Origin: a virus
Reading direction: 5' to 3' (one strand)
IMG/VR virus record: IMGVR_UViG_3300046559_000446
Location: 1 to 64,000 of that record
DNA: 64,000 nucleotides
Below the pieces are notes generated by a model that saw only the letters and a list, made by a program, of their open reading frames with translations, was not told the origin of the DNA and searched no databases. Shown in pieces: positions 25,398 through 33,830 of the stretch. Each line of letters starts with the position of its first letter. The stretch's first letter is position 1. The translations under genes and the position numbers were made by a program.

Positions 25398-27022
25398 CCG
25401 CGCTCCAGAAGGTCGACCCCCAGGACGTCCTCGATCGCATCGACAAGGAATTTTGCGAGCGGTCCCTGCACGAGTTCGTCAAGCGGGCCTGGAAGGAGGT
25501 CGAGCCGGGCCAGCCGATGATCGACAACTGGCACCTTCCTTATATCTGCGAGCACCTGGAGGCGATCACCGACGGCGCTTCCGTCGATGGCAAGCCCTAC
25601 AACCGTCTCCTTATTAATATCCCTCCAGGAGGGATGAAATCTCTCCTCCTCAACGTCTTTTGGCCAGCCTGGGAGTGGGGGCCGGCGGCGCTGCCCCATA
25701 TGCGCTATCTCTGCGCGTCCCATAACATCGAATTGGTCGAGCGCGACAGCATTCGCATGCGCCGCCTGGTCACCACCCAATGGTACCAGAAGCACTGGGG
25801 CAGTCTGGTGCAACTGACTGGCGACCAGAACTCCAAGACGGTGTTCGAAAACACCCGCTCCGGATGGCGCAGGGCGGTCGCGGCGGGCGCTGACACCGGC
25901 CACCGCGCCGACCGCGTCCTGATCGACGACGCTCTCAGCGTCAAGAACGCCAACTCCGACAGCACCCGCGAGAGCGTCAACCTGTGGTTCAGGGAGTCTG
26001 TCCCGACCCGCCTCAATTCGCCGCGCAAGTCCGCGATCGTCGTCATCATGCAGCGGCTGCACGAGGCCGATCTGTCCGGGATGATCCTCGACAAGAAGCT
26101 CGGCTACGATCACATCATGATCCCGATGCGCTACGATCCGGATCGCGCCCATCCCACCATGCTCGGCTTCACCGACCCCCGCACCATCCCCGGCCAGCTT
26201 TATTTTCCCGCCCGCTTTCCCCTCGACGTGGTCGAACGCGAAGAGCGGATCATGGGGCCGTTCGCCACCGCCGGCCAGATGCAGCAGGCCCCGGTCCCGC
26301 GAGGAGGCGGCGTCATCAAGGACGCCGACTGGATCTTGTGGGACAAGCCGGAATTTCCCGCGCTCGACTTTATCGTCGCCTCGATCGACACCGCCTACGG
26401 CCTGAAGCAGGAGAACGACCCCAGCGCCATGACGGTGTGGGGGGTGTTTTCAGGCGACACCCGCAACGCCGCCACCCGCCTGGTGGATCGCTACGGCCAT
26501 CCCAAGGAAATGCCGGAAGGAGCGCCCAACTCCAGCCTCAACGCCGCCCCGCGCGTCATTTTGATGTACGCCTGGACCGAGCGCCTGTCCCTTTCCGATC
26601 TGGTGGCTAAAGTCGCCCTCCATTGCAAGAAGCTGAAGGTCGACCGGCTGCTGGTCGAGGCCAAGGCCAGCGGCATCAGCGTCGCTCAGGAAATGCGCCG
26701 GCTCTATGGCCACGAGCCTTGGGCGGTTCATTTGATCAACCCTGGCAACCAGGACAAGCTGGCGCGTCTTTACAGCGTCCAGCCGCTGTTCGCGGAGGGC
26801 ATGATTTACGCGCCAGACAAGGAATGGGCGGAAATGGTGATCAGGCAAGTGGCTTCCTTCCCCAAGGCGCTGCATGACGACCTCACCGACACCACATCCC
26901 AGGCCATCCGGCACCTCCGCGACTGCGGCCTCCTCGTCAGATCCGACGAAAGGCTGGCGGAAATGAACGAAGAGGTGGAATATGGTCGTAATCGGCCCCT
27001 TGAACCGCTCTACCCTGGTTAA
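25394..27022 (+). CDS. terL: Terminase large subunit
   Basis: RLLINIPPGGMKS Walker A, VLIDD Walker B, IMQRLHE.DL coupling motif, nuclease SIDTA...HDDLTD. Confidence 0.93.
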   Translation: MTALQKVDPQDVLDRIDKEFCERSLHEFVKRAWKEVEPGQPMIDNWHLPYICEHLEAITDGASVDGKPYNRLLINIPPGGMKSLLLNVFWPAWEWGPAALPHMRYLCASHNIELVERDSIRMRRLVTTQWYQKHWGSLVQLTGDQNSKTVFENTRSGWRRAVAAGADTGHRADRVLIDDALSVKNANSDSTRESVNLWFRESVPTRLNSPRKSAIVVIMQRLHEADLSGMILDKKLGYDHIMIPMRYDPDRAHPTMLGFTDPRTIPGQLYFPARFPLDVVEREERIMGPFATAGQMQQAPVPRGGGVIKDADWILWDKPEFPALDFIVASIDTAYGLKQENDPSAMTVWGVFSGDTRNAATRLVDRYGHPKEMPEGAPNSSLNAAPRVILMYAWTERLSLSDLVAKVALHCKKLKVDRLLVEAKASGISVAQEMRRLYGHEPWAVHLINPGNQDKLARLYSVQPLFAEGMIYAPDKEWAEMVIRQVASFPKALHDDLTDTTSQAIRHLRDCGLLVRSDERLAEMNEEVEYGRNRPLEPLYPG

Positions 27023-27038
27023 CTATGGAGGAAAAGTC

Positions 27039-27194
27039 ATGTTTTTCCGCAATAACCCCACGTCCGTGACGGAGAAGGCTCCAAAAACAGCCGAAAAACC
27101 CGAAAAAGAGGCTGAAAAGCCCGAAAAACGTCGTGAAACCGTCCACGAAGTCGAAAAACACCCCCACCGCGACATGCATGAGAGCAAAAAATGA
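27039..27194 (+). CDS. Small Lys/Glu-rich protein (51 aa)
   Basis: GGAGG RBS; EKPEK repeats. Confidence 0.5.
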   Translation: MFFRNNPTSVTEKAPKTAEKPEKEAEKPEKRRETVHEVEKHPHRDMHESKK

Positions 27195-27898
27195 CCAACG
27201 GACACATCAAACCGTCAATTCAGGCTGCTTTGGACGAGGCCCACCCCACCGGGCCGGTCCATCACCGCCCCAGCATCGCCGGATCGCATAGAAAGCCCGG
27301 CGACGACAACCTTTTCGACCCTCAAGACCCCGAAATGCAGGGCATTCCGCTGGCCGGCGACTTTGGACACCCCCTCCAGACGCCTGAGCAGCGCCGAAAT
27401 ATGGAGGCGCTGCTGGACGACAACCCCACCGGCCCGCGTGATAACGAAGTCATAAAGGCGGCGAAAGACGCCATGATCTACGGGACAGGCTTCGTTCAGA
27501 TGCAAGGCGAGGACCGCATGCCCGGCGGCGACAAGCCAACGGAAATGGAATTGCTGCGTCGGCCTCCAGTCACCAGCGACCTCAAGCAATTCGAAAATTC
27601 CTACGGCACGGATTTTGGCACGGCCATCCTGCAAATGCGGGCCGGCTGCAAAGTCCAGCGCGAAGGATGGAACGGCAAGGATATGTGGATCGCTCTGTCG
27701 GGCGTGGAAGGCCCGCGCGAAGTCTACAGCGAAAAGCTGTGGTCAAAGCCGGCCCGCGATTACGCTCGCGCGCAGCCCGGCGGGACGGTCAAGGTGCTGC
27801 CTTGCTTCATCATGAAGACGGCGACCGGCGAAATCCTGATGGGCTGGCTGGCGAGCCAATCCGACATGCTGGCCCAGGATTGGAGGGTCGTGCCGTGA
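27191..27898 (+). CDS. DUF2829 (Tad2-like) domain protein with a long N-terminal extension
   Basis: C-terminal DFGTAILQMRAGCKVQREGWNGKDMWI...PCFIMKT.......GWLASQSDMLAQDW. Confidence 0.85.
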   Translation: MTNGHIKPSIQAALDEAHPTGPVHHRPSIAGSHRKPGDDNLFDPQDPEMQGIPLAGDFGHPLQTPEQRRNMEALLDDNPTGPRDNEVIKAAKDAMIYGTGFVQMQGEDRMPGGDKPTEMELLRRPPVTSDLKQFENSYGTDFGTAILQMRAGCKVQREGWNGKDMWIALSGVEGPREVYSEKLWSKPARDYARAQPGGTVKVLPCFIMKTATGEILMGWLASQSDMLAQDWRVVP

Positions 27899-28020
27899 CA
27901 CATTTGCGATTGGTTCGGCAACCATCCTACAAGGATGACAGCAAGAAAGAATTGAAGCGCAAGATCAGGATACTGAAGGCGGCGGCGAAGGTGCTGAAGA
28001 AGGAATTGAAGTCGCGATGA
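27895..28020 (+). CDS. Small basic protein (41 aa)
   Basis: GTGA overlap; Lys-rich helix. Confidence 0.5.
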   Translation: MTHLRLVRQPSYKDDSKKELKRKIRILKAAAKVLKKELKSR

Positions 28021-28208
28021 CCCCGTTCAAGCCCGAACCCATCAAAACGACCAAGCTATGGACCGGCGTCTGCCGCGACGGCCCGTGGAAAGGCCTGCCA
28101 TTGACGGCGGGGTCGCGTTTCGTCTGCGCCCCCGACGGCAATGAATACTGCAACGACGGCGTCGGCCACTGGAATTGGGTCGAACTGCACCACGAGGGCA
28201 AGAAATGA
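28017..28208 (+). CDS. Small hypothetical protein (63 aa)
   Basis: G.CRDGP motif; ATGA overlap. Confidence 0.6.
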   Translation: MTPFKPEPIKTTKLWTGVCRDGPWKGLPLTAGSRFVCAPDGNEYCNDGVGHWNWVELHHEGKK

Positions 28209-28483
28209 CCGACATTCCCGATAAAGTCGCCCCCATCACCGGCATGCCGATCACGATGGCGCAGACGTGCTGGTGCCCGTTCGTCAACGTCTCTCCCATA
28301 GCCGGCGCTGATCACATGACGACCAGTCGCGGCGTCAGGCTGCGCTACGGCGACACCGACGCCCAGATCACCCAGGCTTTCAATTGCATCACCACGCGCT
28401 GCATGTCGTGGATTGCCGACAGCGCCGCCCCCACTACCCACGGCACATGCCGATTGATCACCGGAGCAGGACTAAAAGCATGA
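28205..28483 (+). CDS. Cys-containing hypothetical protein (92 aa)
   Basis: WCPF...CITTRCMSW...GTC pattern. Confidence 0.65.
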   Translation: MTDIPDKVAPITGMPITMAQTCWCPFVNVSPIAGADHMTTSRGVRLRYGDTDAQITQAFNCITTRCMSWIADSAAPTTHGTCRLITGAGLKA

Positions 28484-28962
28484 GCGAAGTTTTGAACGGA
28501 ATTTGCAGAGGCGGTCCGCTGAACGACCGGGGCCTGACCCACGACAGGCCTTTCAAGGTTTTGGTGGCCTCGAATAACGATGGCCAGGCCGGCGCCTATC
28601 ACTATGCCGGCAACAACGCCTGGCTTTGGCAGGCCGAAGGAGAAGAAGACCCAATGAGCAGAGCAGCCGAAGAGCAAATTGACATGCAAATCCGTGAAAA
28701 CGGCAAGGTTGCGCCCCGGATTACGCCGGAAATCATCGACCAGCGCATCCGCCAGGTGAAATACTACAATTTTCCCGACACCACCGTCATGATCTGCGCC
28801 ATCGAACTGATGAACGGATATCATGTCGTTGGCGAATCAGCCTGCGCCTCTCCAACCAATTACGACGCCGCCATTGGCCGGCGCATCGCTTATGATGACG
28901 CCCGCCGCAAGATTTGGTCATTGGAGGGCTACGTCCTCCGCAACGTGCTGAAGGGGCTATGA
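28480..28962 (+). CDS. Phage Gp49/Sf6 gp66-family protein; possible second in-frame start at 28654
   Basis: APRITPEII...TVMICAIELMNGYHVVGESACASPTNYDAAIGRRIAYDDARRKIWSLEGY. Confidence 0.85.
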   Translation: MSEVLNGICRGGPLNDRGLTHDRPFKVLVASNNDGQAGAYHYAGNNAWLWQAEGEEDPMSRAAEEQIDMQIRENGKVAPRITPEIIDQRIRQVKYYNFPDTTVMICAIELMNGYHVVGESACASPTNYDAAIGRRIAYDDARRKIWSLEGYVLRNVLKGL

Positions 28963-29102
28963 CTGCGCTCGATATCGCCATTTCGGTCTTCATCCTGCTG
29001 CTCGTCGCCCGCCTCTCCTACAACAAGGGGCGGCGCGACGAGCGCGCCGCTCGACACGGGGATTACGAAGATGAGCTTCATGATGAAATGCACAGTCGAT
29101 AA
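28959..29102 (+). CDS. Small membrane protein (47 aa)
   Basis: N-terminal TM helix IAISVFILLLVA; ATGA overlap. Confidence 0.55.
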   Translation: MTALDIAISVFILLLVARLSYNKGRRDERAARHGDYEDELHDEMHSR

Positions 29103-29286
29103 TCATCTGATGCCCGGCGGGCGACCGTCTCACCTGTTCGACGTCCATGTCGAGGGCGGCGAACCGCTGGTCAAGGCTGAATACACCATCATTGCCGACG
29201 ACGAGGATGAAGCGGCTCGCGAGGGACTAAAGCGGTTCCAGAAGGCCTATGATCTGACGCCGCTGCCATACATTGGCGATATTTGA
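29071..29286 (+). CDS. Hypothetical protein (start uncertain)
   Basis: I.ADDEDEAAREGL..F pattern. Confidence 0.6.
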   Translation: MSFMMKCTVDNHLMPGGRPSHLFDVHVEGGEPLVKAEYTIIADDEDEAAREGLKRFQKAYDLTPLPYIGDI

Positions 29287-29330
29287 AATAGGCGTTATAG
29301 TCCCTTCTGCTTTTCCAGAGAGGACGCGCC

Positions 29331-31865
29331 ATGCCTTTGGTGCCGGGCTTGCCCCTGAACATCCGCCAGACCAACGGCGGCGCGCCGCCGGCTATCTCGC
29401 CGGGCCTTTCCATCAAGCATGATGTGCATAATCCGCCCGGCGTTCCCGAAATGGACGACGCCGGCGCCGTCATCAAGATCGAGCATCCCGACGGCAGCGT
29501 CACTGTCTCCCTCGATGGCCGGTCGCTGGTCGACAAACCGGAACAAAACGTCGGCTGGTTCGCCAATTTGGCCGAGAAGATCAAGGAAGACGATCTCAGC
29601 GCGATCGCTGACGACCTGCTGCGCGGCATTGATGAGGATCTGTCGAGCCGCAACGACTGGATCGAGGAGCGCGCCCAGGGCATCAAGCTGCTGGGCTTCA
29701 AGATCGAAATTCCCAATCTTCAAAGCGCCGCCGATGGCGCTCCGGTCGACGGCATGTCAAAAGTGCGGCATCCGCTGCTGCAGGAGGCCGTGCTCCGCTT
29801 CCAGGCCAACGCCCGCTCCGAAATGCTGCCGACCGACGGGCCGATCAAGATCCGCGACGACGGCAGCAACTCCAACCTTCCTCGTGACGCACTGGCGACC
29901 GCCCTTGAAAAAGACCTCAATCACTACCTCACAGTCACCGCGACCGAATACTATCCCGACACCGACAAGATGTTCCTGCTGCTCGGATTTGGCGGGACAG
30001 CCTTCAAAAAGGTCTACAATTGTCCCTTACGGAACCGACCGGTCAGCGAATCCGTCGATGCTAATGACCTCATCGTCAACGACGCTGCGACTGATCTTGC
30101 GAACGCCAAGCGTGTTACCCATCGTTCCATGATGCGGCCTTCGACGGTCAAGCGCATGCAGATTATTGGCGCTTACCGCGACGTCGATCTCGACACGCCC
30201 AAGCCGCAGAGCCTCGACGCGGCCCAGGAAGCAGCCAAAAACCAGCAAGGGATCCAGGCCACCACCACGAGGCCCGACGACCGTGACCGCGAGATCTACG
30301 AGTGCTATTGCGAACTCGACCTCAAAGGCTATGAGCACAAATACAAGGGCAAGATCACCGGCCTCGAAATCCCCTACCGGGTCACCATCGATCTCTCCAG
30401 CCGCAAAATCCTTTCAATCGTCCGCAACTACGATGAAGACACGAAGGAGCTTCCTGAAGCTCGCGAAACCTTCGTCAAATATATTTTCGTGCCAGGATTG
30501 GGATTCTACGACATTGGCCTGCTCCATATATTGGGGAACACTACCAACGCTGTTACTGCTGCTTGGCGTGAGCTTCTGGATGCTGGAATGTTTAATAACT
30601 TTCCCGGCTTTCTCATGGCTGACACGGGCGCGCGTCAGAACACCAACATCTTCCGCGTCCCGCCGGGCGGCGGCGTTCTCGTCAAGACGGGCGGTCTTCC
30701 CATCAGTCAGGCGATTATGCCGCTTCCTTACCAGCCGCCGTCTCAAGCTTTGATGGCGCTGGTGCAAGACATGGCGCAGACCGGCCAGCGCAGCGGCGGC
30801 ACCGCCGAACTGCCCACCGGCGAAGGCAAGGCTGACATTCCCGTCGGCACCATCCTGGCGATGATCGAGCAGGCCCAGAAGGTGCTCAACAACGTCCACA
30901 AGCGCATGCACTCGGCTCAGTCGCAAGAATTTCGCCTGCTGATACGCTGCTTCAAGGAAAACCCCAAGGCGTTCTGGCAGCGCAACAAGAAGCCGTCCGC
31001 GCCATGGGACGAGCAGAATTTCCGCGCCGCGCTCGATCTGGCCGATCTGACCCCGCAGGCCGATCCGAACACCGCCAGCCATGGCCAGCGCGTGATGAAG
31101 ATCATGGCGCTCAAGCAGTTGCAGCAGCAGAACCCCACCATGTACGACCCGATCGCGATCGACACGGCGGCGCTGCAGGCGCTGGGCTGGAACAATCCGC
31201 AGCAATTCATGGCGCCGCCGGCGGCCCAGGCTGCGCCTCCTCCGCAAATCGTCCAGCAGCAGGCCGAGACGGCGGCCAAGACCCTCACCGCGCAGGCGGC
31301 GATGGTCACCGCCCAGGCGAAAGCCAAGGAATCTGGCGCGCGCGCCATGAACCTGATGGCGGAAGCCCAGACCATGGGCATGGACGAAACCGGCCAGGTC
31401 CAGCAGGATACGCCGGTCGATCAGCACCGCGCCGAATCGGAGCGCATCAAGGCCAACGCGCATGCGCAGCAGGCCGACACCCACCAGTCCGTCATGGGGG
31501 CCAAGGCCCAGGCTGACCTGCTGAACGCCCAGACCCGCCAGCAGGAAGTTCAGTTGAAACTGGGCGAAATGTCGATGAAGGACGCCCACCACGACGACGA
31601 GCAGCGCCTCAAGACGAGGGCGGAAACGATCGACATGGCCAAGCAGGTCATGGACAGCCACGCCGAGAACGCGCGCACCCAGGAGGAAATGCACCACGAT
31701 CACGCCCTGATGGGCCGCGAGCAGGCGCATGAGCACGAGATTGTCGAAAAGACCCACGCGCACGAGAAGGAACTGGAGGGCGTGAAGAAGACGGCGGCGA
31801 TCGCGGTCGCCAAGGCCAAACCCCGTCCGAAGCCAGCCGCCAAGCCGAAGGGTAAGAGCAAATGA
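29331..31865 (+). CDS. Portal protein (P22-like, long C-terminal coiled-coil barrel)
   Basis: 844 aa after terL; HPLLQEAVLRFQA, GTAFKKVY, RVTH, FVKY.F.PG.GFY..G, LLDAG, KRMH. Confidence 0.85.
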   Translation: MPLVPGLPLNIRQTNGGAPPAISPGLSIKHDVHNPPGVPEMDDAGAVIKIEHPDGSVTVSLDGRSLVDKPEQNVGWFANLAEKIKEDDLSAIADDLLRGIDEDLSSRNDWIEERAQGIKLLGFKIEIPNLQSAADGAPVDGMSKVRHPLLQEAVLRFQANARSEMLPTDGPIKIRDDGSNSNLPRDALATALEKDLNHYLTVTATEYYPDTDKMFLLLGFGGTAFKKVYNCPLRNRPVSESVDANDLIVNDAATDLANAKRVTHRSMMRPSTVKRMQIIGAYRDVDLDTPKPQSLDAAQEAAKNQQGIQATTTRPDDRDREIYECYCELDLKGYEHKYKGKITGLEIPYRVTIDLSSRKILSIVRNYDEDTKELPEARETFVKYIFVPGLGFYDIGLLHILGNTTNAVTAAWRELLDAGMFNNFPGFLMADTGARQNTNIFRVPPGGGVLVKTGGLPISQAIMPLPYQPPSQALMALVQDMAQTGQRSGGTAELPTGEGKADIPVGTILAMIEQAQKVLNNVHKRMHSAQSQEFRLLIRCFKENPKAFWQRNKKPSAPWDEQNFRAALDLADLTPQADPNTASHGQRVMKIMALKQLQQQNPTMYDPIAIDTAALQALGWNNPQQFMAPPAAQAAPPPQIVQQQAETAAKTLTAQAAMVTAQAKAKESGARAMNLMAEAQTMGMDETGQVQQDTPVDQHRAESERIKANAHAQQADTHQSVMGAKAQADLLNAQTRQQEVQLKLGEMSMKDAHHDDEQRLKTRAETIDMAKQVMDSHAENARTQEEMHHDHALMGREQAHEHEIVEKTHAHEKELEGVKKTAAIAVAKAKPRPKPAAKPKGKSK

Positions 31866-33496
31866 ACAAGCCCATCCGCGCTGCGCTCCTGACGGCCAAG
31901 GCTCTTTATGACAAGCTGCCTCATGTCGTCGGCGGCGGCGCGCCGATGGCCAAAGGCGGCGTCGTCAAGGACATTCCCCAGATCATCATGCCTGGCGATC
32001 ACCCGGCCCGCATCGACACCCGGCTGGCGACGGGCGCCAAGCCGCTCGATCTGGGGCCAGGGCCGCGCACCGTCAACATGGCGGCGCTGCGCGCGACGCC
32101 GGCGCTGTTCGACAAGAACGTCGACATCCTGCGGCATTATCCGAATGTTTCGAAAGACGCGAGCAAGCTGTCGAACCAGGATCTGTCCGAGCATTTCATC
32201 AAGCACGTCAAGGACAACCTGCTGTGGCTACACGACCAGGTGCCCGACGAAACTCGCCAGCGATCCAAGCTGTGGTACGACGGCGCCAACAAGCTGGCCA
32301 AGGAGTGGGCCAAGAAATACGGCGTTTCGGAGGCGTCAGCCGCCGGCGCGCTGGCCGCGCTGTCGCCGCAGAAAGACTGGTTTCAGAACGTGTCGCTGGC
32401 CGAGCGCGTGTTGCATGCGATGAAGGGGCGCGGCAATAACGCCTACCACGGCGAAACCTTCTCGCCTGAGATGGAGGGCACTTATCGCGGCCTGGACAAG
32501 CTGGCCACCGAGAAGAACGAGCCAATCTTCCAGGCGATTAGAGGCAAGTCGCTGGGCGAAATTGATCAAATGGGTCACATCCCTCGCGACGAGCGCGCGG
32601 TCATGAAGGCGCTGTGGATCCGGATGCACGATCAGACCCATGGCGATCCCGGCTACAAGATCGCCACGCCTGAAGGCCACTTTGGCGAAATCGCCCGCAA
32701 CGCCGACGGCTCGCCATCGCGGGCGGGCTGGGGTTCGCTGGGCGAGATCGGCAAGGCGGTGCAGGCGATCGAGAGCAACGGCGAGCCGACCTTCATGAAC
32801 CGTCTGATGGGCGAGCGCCACAAGGTCCGCAATTTCTACAACAATATTCTCGACCCCAACTCGCAGCATGGCGACGTCACCATCGACACCCATGCGGTCG
32901 CCGCCGGCCTACTGCGCGCGCTGTCGGGCAATTCGCTTGAGGTGGCGCACAATTTCAGCAACTACGCCGGCAAGGGCGTTCCGGGCGCTGGCGGCTCCAA
33001 CGCCACCGGCGTGAACGGAACCTATCCGCTCTATGCCGACGCCTATCGCCAAGCCGCCAAAGAGCGCGGTATACTGCCTCGCGAAATGCAATCGATTACG
33101 TGGGAGGCGATCAGGGGATTGTTTCCCGACACCTTCAAAACTGATAAAAACAACGCCCATATCGACAGCATCTGGAACGACTACAAGCACGGAAGAAAAG
33201 GAATCGACGATGTCCGCAAAGAAATCCACGACTTCGCAGGGGGGATCCGGCCACCGGAGTGGCACGACACCTCTGGAGCGCCTGATGCACCGGTTCGGGG
33301 TGCCAGTGGACCGGGACTCGTACCTGGCCCTGGATCACGCGGGCCAGCCCCCCAAGGAATTATCGGCGGAACAGGAAATGGACCTCCCGGAGCACTTGCG
33401 CCGCAAGCACCCCGGCAGTCGGGGCTGATCTTGCCGCCCGGATACGCCTGTGGCGGCGCAGTCGCCAAAGCATTGGCCGCGACACGGTCGAATTAA
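31862..33496 (+). CDS. DUF7178-type protein with HhH-GPD/DNA-glycosylase-like motifs
   Basis: WYDGA...AAGALAALSPQKDW..N, HKVRNFYNNI, VTIDTHA, YA.AY..AA...G..PREMQSITW. Confidence 0.65.
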   Translation: MNKPIRAALLTAKALYDKLPHVVGGGAPMAKGGVVKDIPQIIMPGDHPARIDTRLATGAKPLDLGPGPRTVNMAALRATPALFDKNVDILRHYPNVSKDASKLSNQDLSEHFIKHVKDNLLWLHDQVPDETRQRSKLWYDGANKLAKEWAKKYGVSEASAAGALAALSPQKDWFQNVSLAERVLHAMKGRGNNAYHGETFSPEMEGTYRGLDKLATEKNEPIFQAIRGKSLGEIDQMGHIPRDERAVMKALWIRMHDQTHGDPGYKIATPEGHFGEIARNADGSPSRAGWGSLGEIGKAVQAIESNGEPTFMNRLMGERHKVRNFYNNILDPNSQHGDVTIDTHAVAAGLLRALSGNSLEVAHNFSNYAGKGVPGAGGSNATGVNGTYPLYADAYRQAAKERGILPREMQSITWEAIRGLFPDTFKTDKNNAHIDSIWNDYKHGRKGIDDVRKEIHDFAGGIRPPEWHDTSGAPDAPVRGASGPGLVPGPGSRGPAPQGIIGGTGNGPPGALAPQAPRQSGLILPPGYACGGAVAKALAATRSN

Positions 33497-33522
33497 CCTG
33501 ATACGGTGATTTAGCTTGAAGG

Positions 33523-33786
33523 ATGACGCCGATGTGTTTCTCGCTCGCCTGGCTTGAGAACTTGCTCATTTGGGTCGTCATCGTCGGCGCTCTCATCGCC
33601 ATCCTCCAACTTTTCGTGCCTTGGGTGCTGGCTCAAGTCGGGGATTTGGGCGGCGCTGTCGGCGTCGTCCTGCAGATCGTCAAGATCATTGTCTGGGCGG
33701 TGATCGTCATCTTTGTCATCTATGTGGTCTTCGACCTCATCAGTTGCCTGCTGTCGTCAGGCTCGCTGAAGTTGCCCAAGCCATAA
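33523..33786 (+). CDS. Two-TM membrane protein (holin-like or envelope protein)
   Basis: Two long hydrophobic helices. Confidence 0.7.
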   Translation: MTPMCFSLAWLENLLIWVVIVGALIAILQLFVPWVLAQVGDLGGAVGVVLQIVKIIVWAVIVIFVIYVVFDLISCLLSSGSLKLPKP

Positions 33787-33830
33787 CCCCACGGCTCCGG
33801 TAAGCCGCAATCCGAGAAGGGAAAACCCTG

